Below are positions 56,286-64,000 of a stretch of 64,000 nt of DNA, piece by piece (within the stretch, counting starts at the first letter, position 1; each line of letters begins with the position of its first letter). Both the position numbers and the translations under genes were made by a program. Source of the stretch: Candidatus Hydrogenedens sp. (lineage in GTDB: Bacteria > Hydrogenedentota > Hydrogenedentia > Hydrogenedentales > CAITNO01); the NCBI GenBank assembly GCA_012522755.1, contig JAAYJV010000048.1, positions 80,425 through 144,424 on the forward strand, read 5' to 3'. Under the pieces are notes generated by a model. The model saw only the letters and a list, made by a program, of their open reading frames with translations. It was not told where the DNA came from and made no database searches.

Positions 56286-57345
56286 GGAAGCACTCCTTGT
56301 TTATTAAGCCGGAAGAAGGTTCTAGCGAAATGCGACAGCCTTTTTCCGATGACGCATAGACAGCTTCAAGCACCTGCATATAGCGCAGCCCTTCCTCGAA
56401 GTCCGGGCGGTAGGCGCAGCCGGTGCGGATGGCGGCAATGAAATCTTCTTCCACCCGCCAGTTGTTCAGGTCATAATATTCTTCAGCCAGAGGGACCACA
56501 GGCTCACGCTTTTCCTCCGTACAGAAATAAAGTTTATCGCCGGTCACATCATAATGAAGAGCGCCCTTCTCACCATAAACATCGATACTTTCGCGCGCCA
56601 CAGCGGAAACACCACTGATGAGATAATGCACGGAGATATCTTTATCAACGACAGTGTTGGCTGTGATCTGATCCGGAATTTTCACTTCAAAATCAGTACC
56701 CTGTGCATCTTTGCGTACGGAGGTATACAGAAAACTCTCAGCCGATACTTGTGTGGTCTGTCCGAACCAGCGATGAACCACTTCAATATACATGCCCAGC
56801 GTCTGCATATTCAGTCCGGAGAGTCTGTGATCTTTTCGCCAATTGATGGGCGTTGCCGGATCATTCCATAAAGGAGCCAGACTGCACACGTTTACCTGTC
56901 GGATCTTTCCAAGTGCCTCTTCTTTCAAAAGACGCGCCACAGTGCGGTCATAGCTCAGCCCGAAAGGAACAGGACACAAACCGGAAACAAGCCCGGGCGC
57001 CGCCTGGGCCGCTGCAAGCATTTCCCGCGCTTCCCGGCCAGTGCGAGCCATGCGTGCCTGGCAGAAAACATGTTTGCCCGCTTTCAGCGCCGCAACGCTC
57101 GCATCACGATGGAGGATGGGCCAGGCTCCGATGAGCACCATATCAATATCGTCGGCTTGGACAAGATCCAGCCAGTGATCATAAGTCTTCGGGATATTGA
57201 ATTCTGCCGCGGCTTTTTCCGCGGATGCCCGGGAGCTGTTCGCTACAGCACGAAATTCTATGCCCGGGATCCGCTGCAGTCCGGGAATATGACGTTGCCG
57301 ACAGATACCGCCCAGTCCGATGAATCCAATGCGAATTCTGTCCAT
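56278..57345 (-). CDS. Gfo/Idh/MocA-family NAD(P)-dependent oxidoreductase
   Basis: The N-terminal Rossmann motif is 'MDRIRIGFIGLGGICRQRHIPGL'. The product is 355 aa, typical for the family. The gene overlaps the eda start by 8 nt. Confidence 0.75.
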   Translation of the reverse strand: MDRIRIGFIGLGGICRQRHIPGLQRIPGIEFRAVANSSRASAEKAAAEFNIPKTYDHWLDLVQADDIDMVLIGAWPILHRDASVAALKAGKHVFCQARMARTGREAREMLAAAQAAPGLVSGLCPVPFGLSYDRTVARLLKEEALGKIRQVNVCSLAPLWNDPATPINWRKDHRLSGLNMQTLGMYIEVVHRWFGQTTQVSAESFLYTSVRKDAQGTDFEVKIPDQITANTVVDKDISVHYLISGVSAVARESIDVYGEKGALHYDVTGDKLYFCTEEKREPVVPLAEEYYDLNNWRVEEDFIAAIRTGCAYRPDFEEGLRYMQVLEAVYASSEKGCRISLEPSSGLINKECFHG

Positions 57346-57357
57346 GTCCTTCTCCTC

Positions 57358-58416
57358 TCATGCCCTGTAGAGGCTGCGTCCTATACCCATGGCTTCACGG
57401 CAGGCTTCCACCGTTTCCAGTGCCACGGGAGCGACCCGTTTGGCATTTTCACGGAGAAACTCTTCTATGAAGGCATCATCATGAGCCGGATCATTATAAC
57501 TCTCAATAATGGGTGCATTGAATTCAGACACATAGCGGGCCACTTCTTTTTTGAGGTTACCGTAGAATTTGCCGCCCTGACGGTATTGCTCCAGAAAATC
57601 CAGATAGGCATCTTCAGGGGCCAGCAGGGACAGCAGTCTGTATAGCACGGCCACGCCCGGGGGCATTTTGGGAAGCACCATCTCAGGCTCATTGCTTTCC
57701 GTATCCAGCGGCAAGGGATCTGTAGTCGTCGGCACCGCTTTGATCTTGCGCAATACCGTTGCGGGATCATCAAGAAGATCCAGTGTGTTGTTATCGCTTT
57801 TGCCCATCTTGGCGGACCCGTCCAGACCCGGAAGGCGCAGGGCATCTCGGCCCAGCGCTTTGGGAATATGCAGGGTCTCGCCGAAGCGGTGATTGAATTT
57901 TGCGGCAATATCACAGGCCATTTCCAGATGCTGCCGTTGATCATCACCCACAGGCACCAGATCAGCCTTGACAATGAGAATATCGGCAGCCATGAGCACA
58001 GGATAACCCAGAAGACCATAGGACAGGGGGTTCCCTTCCATTTTCGGATCATCCTGCAGGCGACCGAGTTTATCCTTGTAGGTCGTACCTCTTTCCAGAT
58101 GACCGATATTGGTCACCATGCCCAGCAACAGAGCCAGTTCTGCCGTGCAGGGAAGGTCGCTTTGCCGATAAATAACGGATTTATGCGGATCAAGACCACA
58201 GGCCACATAGGTCCGCAACATTTCCAGAGTAGCCTGATAGATTTCTCTGCGGTCCGTAATGGTGGTGAGAGCATGATAATCAGCAACGAAATAATAGCAG
58301 TTGGCATCACGCTCCTGAAGCCGCAGAAAATGGGTCAGAGCACCGAAATAATTGCCATAATGAAGCCGCCCTGTAGGACGGATCCCGGATAAAATAACTT
58401 CTTTTGCAGTTGACAT
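57358..58416 (-). CDS. trpS: Tryptophan--tRNA ligase
   Basis: The start was set at MSTAKEVILSGIRPTGRLHYGNYFGA, a HIGH-type motif typical of TrpS. The KMSKS motif 'KMGKSDNN' is present. Confidence 0.85.
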   Translation of the reverse strand: MSTAKEVILSGIRPTGRLHYGNYFGALTHFLRLQERDANCYYFVADYHALTTITDRREIYQATLEMLRTYVACGLDPHKSVIYRQSDLPCTAELALLLGMVTNIGHLERGTTYKDKLGRLQDDPKMEGNPLSYGLLGYPVLMAADILIVKADLVPVGDDQRQHLEMACDIAAKFNHRFGETLHIPKALGRDALRLPGLDGSAKMGKSDNNTLDLLDDPATVLRKIKAVPTTTDPLPLDTESNEPEMVLPKMPPGVAVLYRLLSLLAPEDAYLDFLEQYRQGGKFYGNLKKEVARYVSEFNAPIIESYNDPAHDDAFIEEFLRENAKRVAPVALETVEACREAMGIGRSLYRA

Positions 58417-58530
58417 GGTTTTTCCCCGAAATAGAAGATGAAGCCGGAAAACCGGCATGACAATGAGGATAGGACCCCTGTAGAATACCTGAAATCGGGT
58501 ATTTTGAGCAAGTTAATTCTTGATGCGGGG

Positions 58531-60354
58531 TCAGTGACCGGGGCTGTGCCAGCGGCTGAATACCAGCAGTGGCCATAAACGCCAACTGTGATCACGCTGT
58601 TGATTGAGATGTTCGCCCACCAGTTTCTCCACAGTTTCTGCGTTGAAAAGGCCTGTTCTGTCCAAGGCCCGGACGAAAGAGGCCGATTCGTCGGGTGAAG
58701 ACAACCACTCCTTCAGCCACAGGCCCATGGGCGGATTGAGTCCCATCTTTCGTCGGGGCTGACTTTTTTTGGGCAAGCGACGGCGAAGGAGCTGGTGCAG
58801 GAGATCTTTGTCCCGGAAGAGTCCTGTTTTCAAAGAGGAAGGCATTTGCAGCAGATGAGTCAACAGACGGCCTTCACAAAGAGGCGTCCGCAATTCCACA
58901 CCATGGGCCGTACTCAGTCGATCGCCATAGGCAAGAACATTGCCCGGAAGAAATAGAGCCACATCACTGTAGAGAGCACGGGTCAGCAGATCTCGCGAAT
59001 CGCTTTGTTCCAGGATTGTGGAAACAGCCTCGCCGGCTCGGCGTCCCTGCAACGCAGTCGACAGTTCCGGGCTGTACAAGGCGTGCCTCTCCTCGTAGTC
59101 CTGTTGTTCCCTCCACAGGGCATAAGCACTTGCGCTGTCCAACAGCAGACCCTGAGAAAAACGCCGCAGTCTTCGTATGCTGTGGGAGCCTGTGGTGCTC
59201 TCTGGGAGACGTTGAACCAACGAGGGGAGAAGGCGTTGAGTGAAGAAGGGGGGCAGCTTTTTGAAGTGCTCCGCCCAGAGCAGGCCTTTATATCGGGGGT
59301 ACCCGCCAAAGCCTTCGTCGCCGCCATCACCGGAAAACAGAACTTCCACTGCCTTCGATGCTTCCCGAAAAAGCGCCTCTGACAGCACAGCGCCGGGATT
59401 GCCGAAGGGTTCATGAAAGTGTTGCAGAAGGGTATCAGCCACCGTGGGGAGATGAGGTTTTATAAAAAACTCATGGAGTTCCATTCCCAGCAATGCCGCT
59501 GTTTCACGGGCTCCTTTTCTTTCGTCATACTTCTTTTCTGCTTGTTGGAAGCCCAGTGTGAAGGCCGGAAGTTCGGGACGTGAAGAGGCCAGATAACTGC
59601 TGACGATGGTGGAATCCAGGCCGCCGCTCAACAATGTGCCCAGCCTTTGATCCGTAGTGCCATAGGCTTCCACAACTTCTGATAAAAGGCTGTCGGTACT
59701 TTCCAGCCAGTCAACGGCATCGCTGCTCTCCTCAGTCTCGGAAAGGGGATGCCAGTACTGTTGAATCTGAAGGTGGTCTTCATGCCAACAGGCACAGTGC
59801 CCCGCAGGCACCTGCCGGATATCCTTGTAGAAAGTGCGGGGCGGAAGGGGATGGAGGAAAGCGAGGTAATCATCCAGCGCTTCCGGATCCAGGTCCAGCT
59901 TTATACCGGGACAGCAGAGGAGCGCCTGGATGGTGGAAGCGAAATACAGCACGTCGCCACGCTGACAATAATAGAGAGGCTTGGTGCCGGCCCGATCACG
60001 AACCAGCCAGAGTCTTTGTTTTTCCTCATCCCACAGGGCGAAAGCAAACATCCCCTCCAGTCGCAGCAGTGCATCCAGACCCCATTCCAGCCAGGCCTGT
60101 TTCAGAATACCCTTTTCTTCTTCAGAGCCGGCATATCCCTTCTCCTCCAGAGCCCGATTCAAGTGCTTTTTGTTGGCAATGAAGCCATCGAGGACTGCAC
60201 AGTACCTTTGCTCTTGAGTGGCGGAATTTTTAAAATCCGCAAGCATGACCTGATTGCCGCAAGAGTGGATCGAAACTTTCCCTTTAGCTCTATAGGATTG
60301 CCGTGCCATCATCTCCTGCAGGAGAGAAGGATCGGAAGATAAGGTGTATCCGGC
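58531..60354 (-). CDS. Asparagine synthetase B-family amidotransferase homolog with Gly replacing the N-terminal catalytic Cys
   Basis: The start was set at MGAIAGYTLS, corresponding to the canonical MCGIAG. The DNA confirms GGT (Gly) at codon 2. The PP-loop 'LLSGGLDSTIV' is intact. The ATG lies 17 bp after the stop of the GT4 gene. Confidence 0.7.
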   Translation of the reverse strand, partial: AGYTLSSDPSLLQEMMARQSYRAKGKVSIHSCGNQVMLADFKNSATQEQRYCAVLDGFIANKKHLNRALEEKGYAGSEEEKGILKQAWLEWGLDALLRLEGMFAFALWDEEKQRLWLVRDRAGTKPLYYCQRGDVLYFASTIQALLCCPGIKLDLDPEALDDYLAFLHPLPPRTFYKDIRQVPAGHCACWHEDHLQIQQYWHPLSETEESSDAVDWLESTDSLLSEVVEAYGTTDQRLGTLLSGGLDSTIVSSYLASSRPELPAFTLGFQQAEKKYDERKGARETAALLGMELHEFFIKPHLPTVADTLLQHFHEPFGNPGAVLSEALFREASKAVEVLFSGDGGDEGFGGYPRYKGLLWAEHFKKLPPFFTQRLLPSLVQRLPESTTGSHSIRRLRRFSQGLLLDSASAYALWREQQDYEERHALYSPELSTALQGRRAGEAVSTILEQSDSRDLLTRALYSDVALFLPGNVLAYGDRLSTAHGVELRTPLCEGRLLTHLLQMPSSLKTGLFRDKDLLHQLLRRRLPKKSQPRRKMGLNPPMGLWLKEWLSSPDESASFVRALDRTGLFNAETVEKLVGEHLNQQRDHSWRLWPLLVFSRWHSPGH

Positions 60355-60370
60355 AATGGCACCCATGTCC

Positions 60371-61527
60371 TTACTCCAGCGCCGCAATGGCACGGACGAG
60401 CAGAGCGCCGTCTTTTTGCCAGTTATATTTCTTTTCAACGGCGAGACGTCCCTGTTTTCCAAGTCTGTCAGCTTCTTCAGGATTTTGCAGGATCTGAAGA
60501 ATCGCCGCTGCAATGGCCTGCGGAGAAGTGACATCAATGAGGAGTCCACACTCCGCCTCTTTCACGATCCGCGACACTTCCACAGCGAAATCAGGAGCGA
60601 TGACCGCTTTGCCTTCTCGCATGTAATCAAAGAGTTTATGGGGCATGGCCAGACAGTGATTCACAGGTCCCGGCTGAAAGAGGATGAGACCTCCCTGAGC
60701 GGCTGCAATATAGGCGGGTACTTCTTCAAAGGGAACCTCGTCCAGAAGAATCAGATTCTTTTCCAACCCTGCAGCGATGATAGCCTCTCTGTAAGACTGT
60801 CCATCACCGTAGACATAAGGGCCGAGAAGCAGGCAACGGGCTTCGGGCATATTTTCCGTAACCAGTTTCATGGCTTCCAGCAACTGTAAAGAGCCGCGAC
60901 TCTCTCCGAATATACCCTGATGCAGGACAGTGGGGGCGTCCCCGAAGAGTTCACGGACAGTATCCGGAATGATATGAGTGGCAGGCTGGAGCCAGTTGCT
61001 GTTGATCACCACGACCCGGGGTGTGGCGACTCCGTTCCAAAGAGGCTCAAAACTTTCCCGAGTCAGAATGATCAGATCAGAGCAGCGACCGGCCACTCTC
61101 ATGGCAATGCGTGTAAATCTTTCGATCAGTCTTCTTGAAAAGGGCGGGAAAAACTTGGCGAATTCGTCCGGCACATATTCATGCATATCAAATACGACAC
61201 GGCCGCCTCCGCAGAGTTTGATGAGCAACGCCGCAACCCAGGATTCCGCTTCCGGTGCCAGATAGAGATCCGCCTTTTGCCGACGGCCCAGCTTCACAAG
61301 CCTGAAGATGGCTCTGAAACGCTGAAAAAAAGAAAGGGCTGGCTCCGTGAAAACAAATCGCACAGAGGGCAGCCCTTCAACAGATTCATGGTTGTCCTGC
61401 GAAAGAAAAGGAGAAGGCGGCGATACAGATACAACTTCGTGCCCGGCGTCCAGCAGACTCCGGGCGACTTTGTAATACATGCGTTTATCGAGTGCATCAT
61501 GAAGCACATTGAGAATGCATATTTTCA
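60371..61527 (-). CDS. Glycosyltransferase family 4 (GT-B, group 1) protein
   Basis: The start was set at MKICILNVLHDALDKRMYYKVARSLLDAGHEVVSV. A C-terminal GT1 motif region is present (…LLGPYVYGDGQSYREA…LGKQGRLAVEKKYNW). Confidence 0.7.
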
Positions 61528-61571
61528 TGGGCCCATCCCGCATGCCGGAATCTTCTCCGTTAAGGAATTGC

Positions 61572-63989
61572 TTATTCCTCCTCAAGATAATAGAGATCAA
61601 AAATCATCCAGCCATTGCCACCGGGTTGGTCATCCAGATAAACTTTCAGCGTATAGTCATTCTCCGCTGAAGGCTGTTCCAGTATAAAGGGGTGCATGGG
61701 CCGGGATTCAAGATCATCAATAATTACTTTAACGGGTCGCTTGGGCAGGGGCTCCAGAAATTCAGCCAGCCGCACGGAAACGCCGTCATAATAGAGGTTT
61801 TTGATGGAGAACTGATCATCCTGAATAATGACCAGATCCTGACCGTCACAAAGAAGCTCAAACTTTGCGAAGCGAACGGCTTTGTCCTTATGGTCTTTCA
61901 GAGCCTGTCGGTATCCGTCCTGTTCCTTTTTGATCTGCGCATCCAGCTGGGAACGGGTGGGGATTTCATTATAAACCCGGATGGCTTCTTCGCGGTTATC
62001 CAGCATATCTTTGGCATTGTCAAAAAGAATGTCAATGGCAAAGAGCTGATAAGCGAAACCCGGCGTATTCTTGAAGTCTTCCCGGGCCTCTTCCAGTTGA
62101 TGGAGCGCTTCGGCCAGAGCTTTCTTATTGGCCTTTGTATCTTGTGCTTTATAATCGAAATAGGCGAAGATGGTTGTCACATAGCCGATATTCGTGCGGA
62201 TGAGGTTGCGGGTCATCATGAGCCGGTTGCCCACATCTTCAGCCACAGCGGCATCTTCAATTTTATCACGACCCGATTCAAAATCTTTGATCATCTGCTC
62301 AGCCTGCTCCAGACCGTAATATTGTGCACGGAGTGTGGCTTCTGACCAGGGTTCACAACGCAGATAGATTTTGTAGAGATTTTCCATATGCTCTTTGCCA
62401 CTGTCCAGAGCCGGATAGCCTTCCGCCGGGAAGGTGTTCACACGCATATGGGGGAAGGAATTGAACTGACCGTAGGAAATGGGCTCAATATGGAGCCCGT
62501 ATTTATAGGCGGCTGGAGAGGCGAGATACACGGCCGCCATGCTCTCCGCCGCAGCTGGACCGAAGTAAATACTTGCGAAATCTCTGGCGATCTGCTCCAT
62601 GGACTCGTTCAGATCCCAGGTGAGCCGGTAAAGGACATAACTGTAGGCATTCACTGTACCCCAACCATCCCGCATGGGACCGGCAAGAAGACCGATGCCT
62701 TCCACATTGCTGTCCTCCGGAGCGAGAAAGCGCTGCAGTCCCCGCTGAAAATACTGACCGGAGAAAGTGGGAAAGAGTTTTGATATCCCGCCTTCATAAT
62801 AATTCATTGTTTCAAATAGAACCAGAGTCTTATGAGGGGTGAGGTTGAAGGTGGCGTTATAAGGCTGATGCCACCAGCGGTCGCCGCGGGTTATTTTCGG
62901 CATGAGATAAAGATTGTCCGTGGGAATATTGTCTTTGAAAATCTCTTTGAACACCTCAGGCTGACAGTGAATTTCATGCTCACGAAGTCCCCAGGTGAAA
63001 TAGAAATGCTGCTTGCCGAATTCGCCATTCACCACCTCCTGCACTTTCTGCATGAAGGTGTTGTAGCGTTTGGTATAGGACCAATCACATTCCGGCGCCT
63101 CACGCATGACATCAAAGGGGAGATAATTGCCCCAGAAGCCTGAGAGGTCATCGTTGCACAGTTCTATGCCGTCAAGTTCCGGCAAGGCCTGGAAAAGACG
63201 TCTGTAGGTTTCCTGTACCGCATCCCAGAACTTCGGGTCTTCCGGGTTCAAGGTGGCATCAAATTCCTCCAGAATGGAAGGATGGTAGACATAGGCATTG
63301 GAGAAGCTGAAATATTTCATGCCCAGGCTGTGCGCATAGGCGATGAGTTCCCGGGCTTTTTCACGATGGTCCGCATTCTCTGTCGCTTCCGGTTCCGCCG
63401 ACCAGGGGATCAGATCGAGGACATTGGGGCCTGACACCCAGTTGATGCTGTTGCGCAAAGCACCACGCATCTGTTCTTTCGTGCTGCCTCCATAGCCGCG
63501 TCGACCCCAGGCACCAGCCAGACGGATGGGGAATTCAGGTTCACGGACAGCGTTGATCTCGGGGATCTGATGGAAGACGCGCATGCGATCACGCAACCAG
63601 TATATGCCATAAGCATCACCAATGGCGGAAGCGCCTGCAATGACCATGATCTTCCGATTCCCATCCTGCACAGTGACAATCTCATAGCCTTCAGTGTTTT
63701 CAGGTACGGCCGGTTTCCACAAACCCTCTGAAATCATTTTGGCAATGAGGGGATGTTGCGGTGCATAACTCAGGATGATGACATTGCCGGAGACGGTCTC
63801 AGCATTTTCCACCATGACCAGGGGTTGGCCAAGCTCTTCCGCTGACTGTAGTAAATCTTCCAGAGCCAGGCGAACCGATTCTTCTGAGGCCCTTTCAGGA
63901 AGAACACAAAAATGCCAACTCTCCACCGAGTAAGCGACATTGACAAAGGAGATGCCCAGAAGCAGGCTGAGTACTAAAACTTTACGCAT
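61572..63989 (-). CDS. Secreted putative glycoside hydrolase with GH20b/GH67/GH115-type N-terminal domain (family unresolved)
   Basis: The signal peptide is MRKVLVLSLLLGISFVNVAYS. The N-terminal segment 'EGYEIVTVQDGNRKIMVIAGASAIGDAYGIYWLRDRM' resembles the N-domain of alpha-glucuronidase and hexosaminidase enzymes. The product is 805 aa. Confidence 0.4.
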   Translation of the reverse strand: MRKVLVLSLLLGISFVNVAYSVESWHFCVLPERASEESVRLALEDLLQSAEELGQPLVMVENAETVSGNVIILSYAPQHPLIAKMISEGLWKPAVPENTEGYEIVTVQDGNRKIMVIAGASAIGDAYGIYWLRDRMRVFHQIPEINAVREPEFPIRLAGAWGRRGYGGSTKEQMRGALRNSINWVSGPNVLDLIPWSAEPEATENADHREKARELIAYAHSLGMKYFSFSNAYVYHPSILEEFDATLNPEDPKFWDAVQETYRRLFQALPELDGIELCNDDLSGFWGNYLPFDVMREAPECDWSYTKRYNTFMQKVQEVVNGEFGKQHFYFTWGLREHEIHCQPEVFKEIFKDNIPTDNLYLMPKITRGDRWWHQPYNATFNLTPHKTLVLFETMNYYEGGISKLFPTFSGQYFQRGLQRFLAPEDSNVEGIGLLAGPMRDGWGTVNAYSYVLYRLTWDLNESMEQIARDFASIYFGPAAAESMAAVYLASPAAYKYGLHIEPISYGQFNSFPHMRVNTFPAEGYPALDSGKEHMENLYKIYLRCEPWSEATLRAQYYGLEQAEQMIKDFESGRDKIEDAAVAEDVGNRLMMTRNLIRTNIGYVTTIFAYFDYKAQDTKANKKALAEALHQLEEAREDFKNTPGFAYQLFAIDILFDNAKDMLDNREEAIRVYNEIPTRSQLDAQIKKEQDGYRQALKDHKDKAVRFAKFELLCDGQDLVIIQDDQFSIKNLYYDGVSVRLAEFLEPLPKRPVKVIIDDLESRPMHPFILEQPSAENDYTLKVYLDDQPGGNGWMIFDLYYLEEE

Positions 63990-64000
63990 GGTTTCCTTTC

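Noticed and set aside
58531-60549. Upstream extension of the AsnB-like ORF (MDSSLMSLLRRPLQRR…) overlapping the GT4 gene
   Set aside because: AsnB-family proteins begin at the M-(C)-G-I-A-G segment. The extension overlaps the GT4 coding region by about 180 nt and has no family resemblance. The start was set at MGAIAGY (60354).

Overview
This window is a bacterial chromosomal segment with moderately high GC. Its gene content suggests the Planctomycetes-Verrucomicrobia-Chlamydiae superphylum (Lentisphaerae, Kiritimatiellae or Verrucomicrobia-like), though that placement is inference only. The content includes secreted glycan-active enzymes, DUF1080 and DUF4091 proteins, sulfatase-family proteins, giant DUF5011/Ig-repeat surface proteins and lipoproteins.

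The left third (1-26.7 kb) holds housekeeping genes and a degradative or surface set. Housekeeping genes are a 5'-truncated ABC-F ATPase, a LOG-family protein and recN. The degradative or surface set has 13 members: a lipoprotein; an M14 carboxypeptidase with a dockerin-like module; a GH3-like hydrolase with a PKD domain; a lipoprotein that may be a glycoside hydrolase; two giant surface proteins built from tandem DUF5011 Ig-like domains; a DUF1080 protein; a hypothetical protein with a possible PcfJ-like C-terminal module; a hypothetical membrane-anchored protein; a DUF4091 putative glycoside hydrolase; two HAD hydrolases; and a flavodiiron protein.

The dominant feature is a roughly 24.4-kb co-oriented tandem array on the minus strand (26947-51343). 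It comprises six intact paralogous genes of about 3.5 kb. Each encodes a protein of about 1,165 aa with an N-terminal 12-13-helix membrane domain that carries one large extracytoplasmic loop. The same protein has a variable soluble middle domain and a C-terminal TPR domain. This architecture matches GT-C-type glycosyltransferases with TPR domains (eukaryotic TMTC/PMT-like). The paralogs fall into two subfamilies arranged A-(sulfatase-like)-A-A-B-A-B. Each has its own conserved extended -10 element and leader. A sulfatase-family gene inside the array lacks the CxPxR formylglycine motif. An SGNH-type hydrolase gene lies immediately upstream of the array.

The right end (53-64 kb) is a tightly packed minus-strand gene string. 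It runs GH-like, GT4, AsnB-like amidotransferase with Gly in place of the catalytic Cys, trpS, a Gfo/Idh/MocA oxidoreductase, eda, a HAD hydrolase, then lolE and lolD.

No rRNA, tRNA, CRISPR, transposase or integrase was recognised. Noncoding signals worth noting are 9-bp GATC-containing tandem repeats plus an identical ATGCTATACTG -10 element in two divergent promoter regions. A pair of 69-bp direct repeats lies between two convergent terminators.
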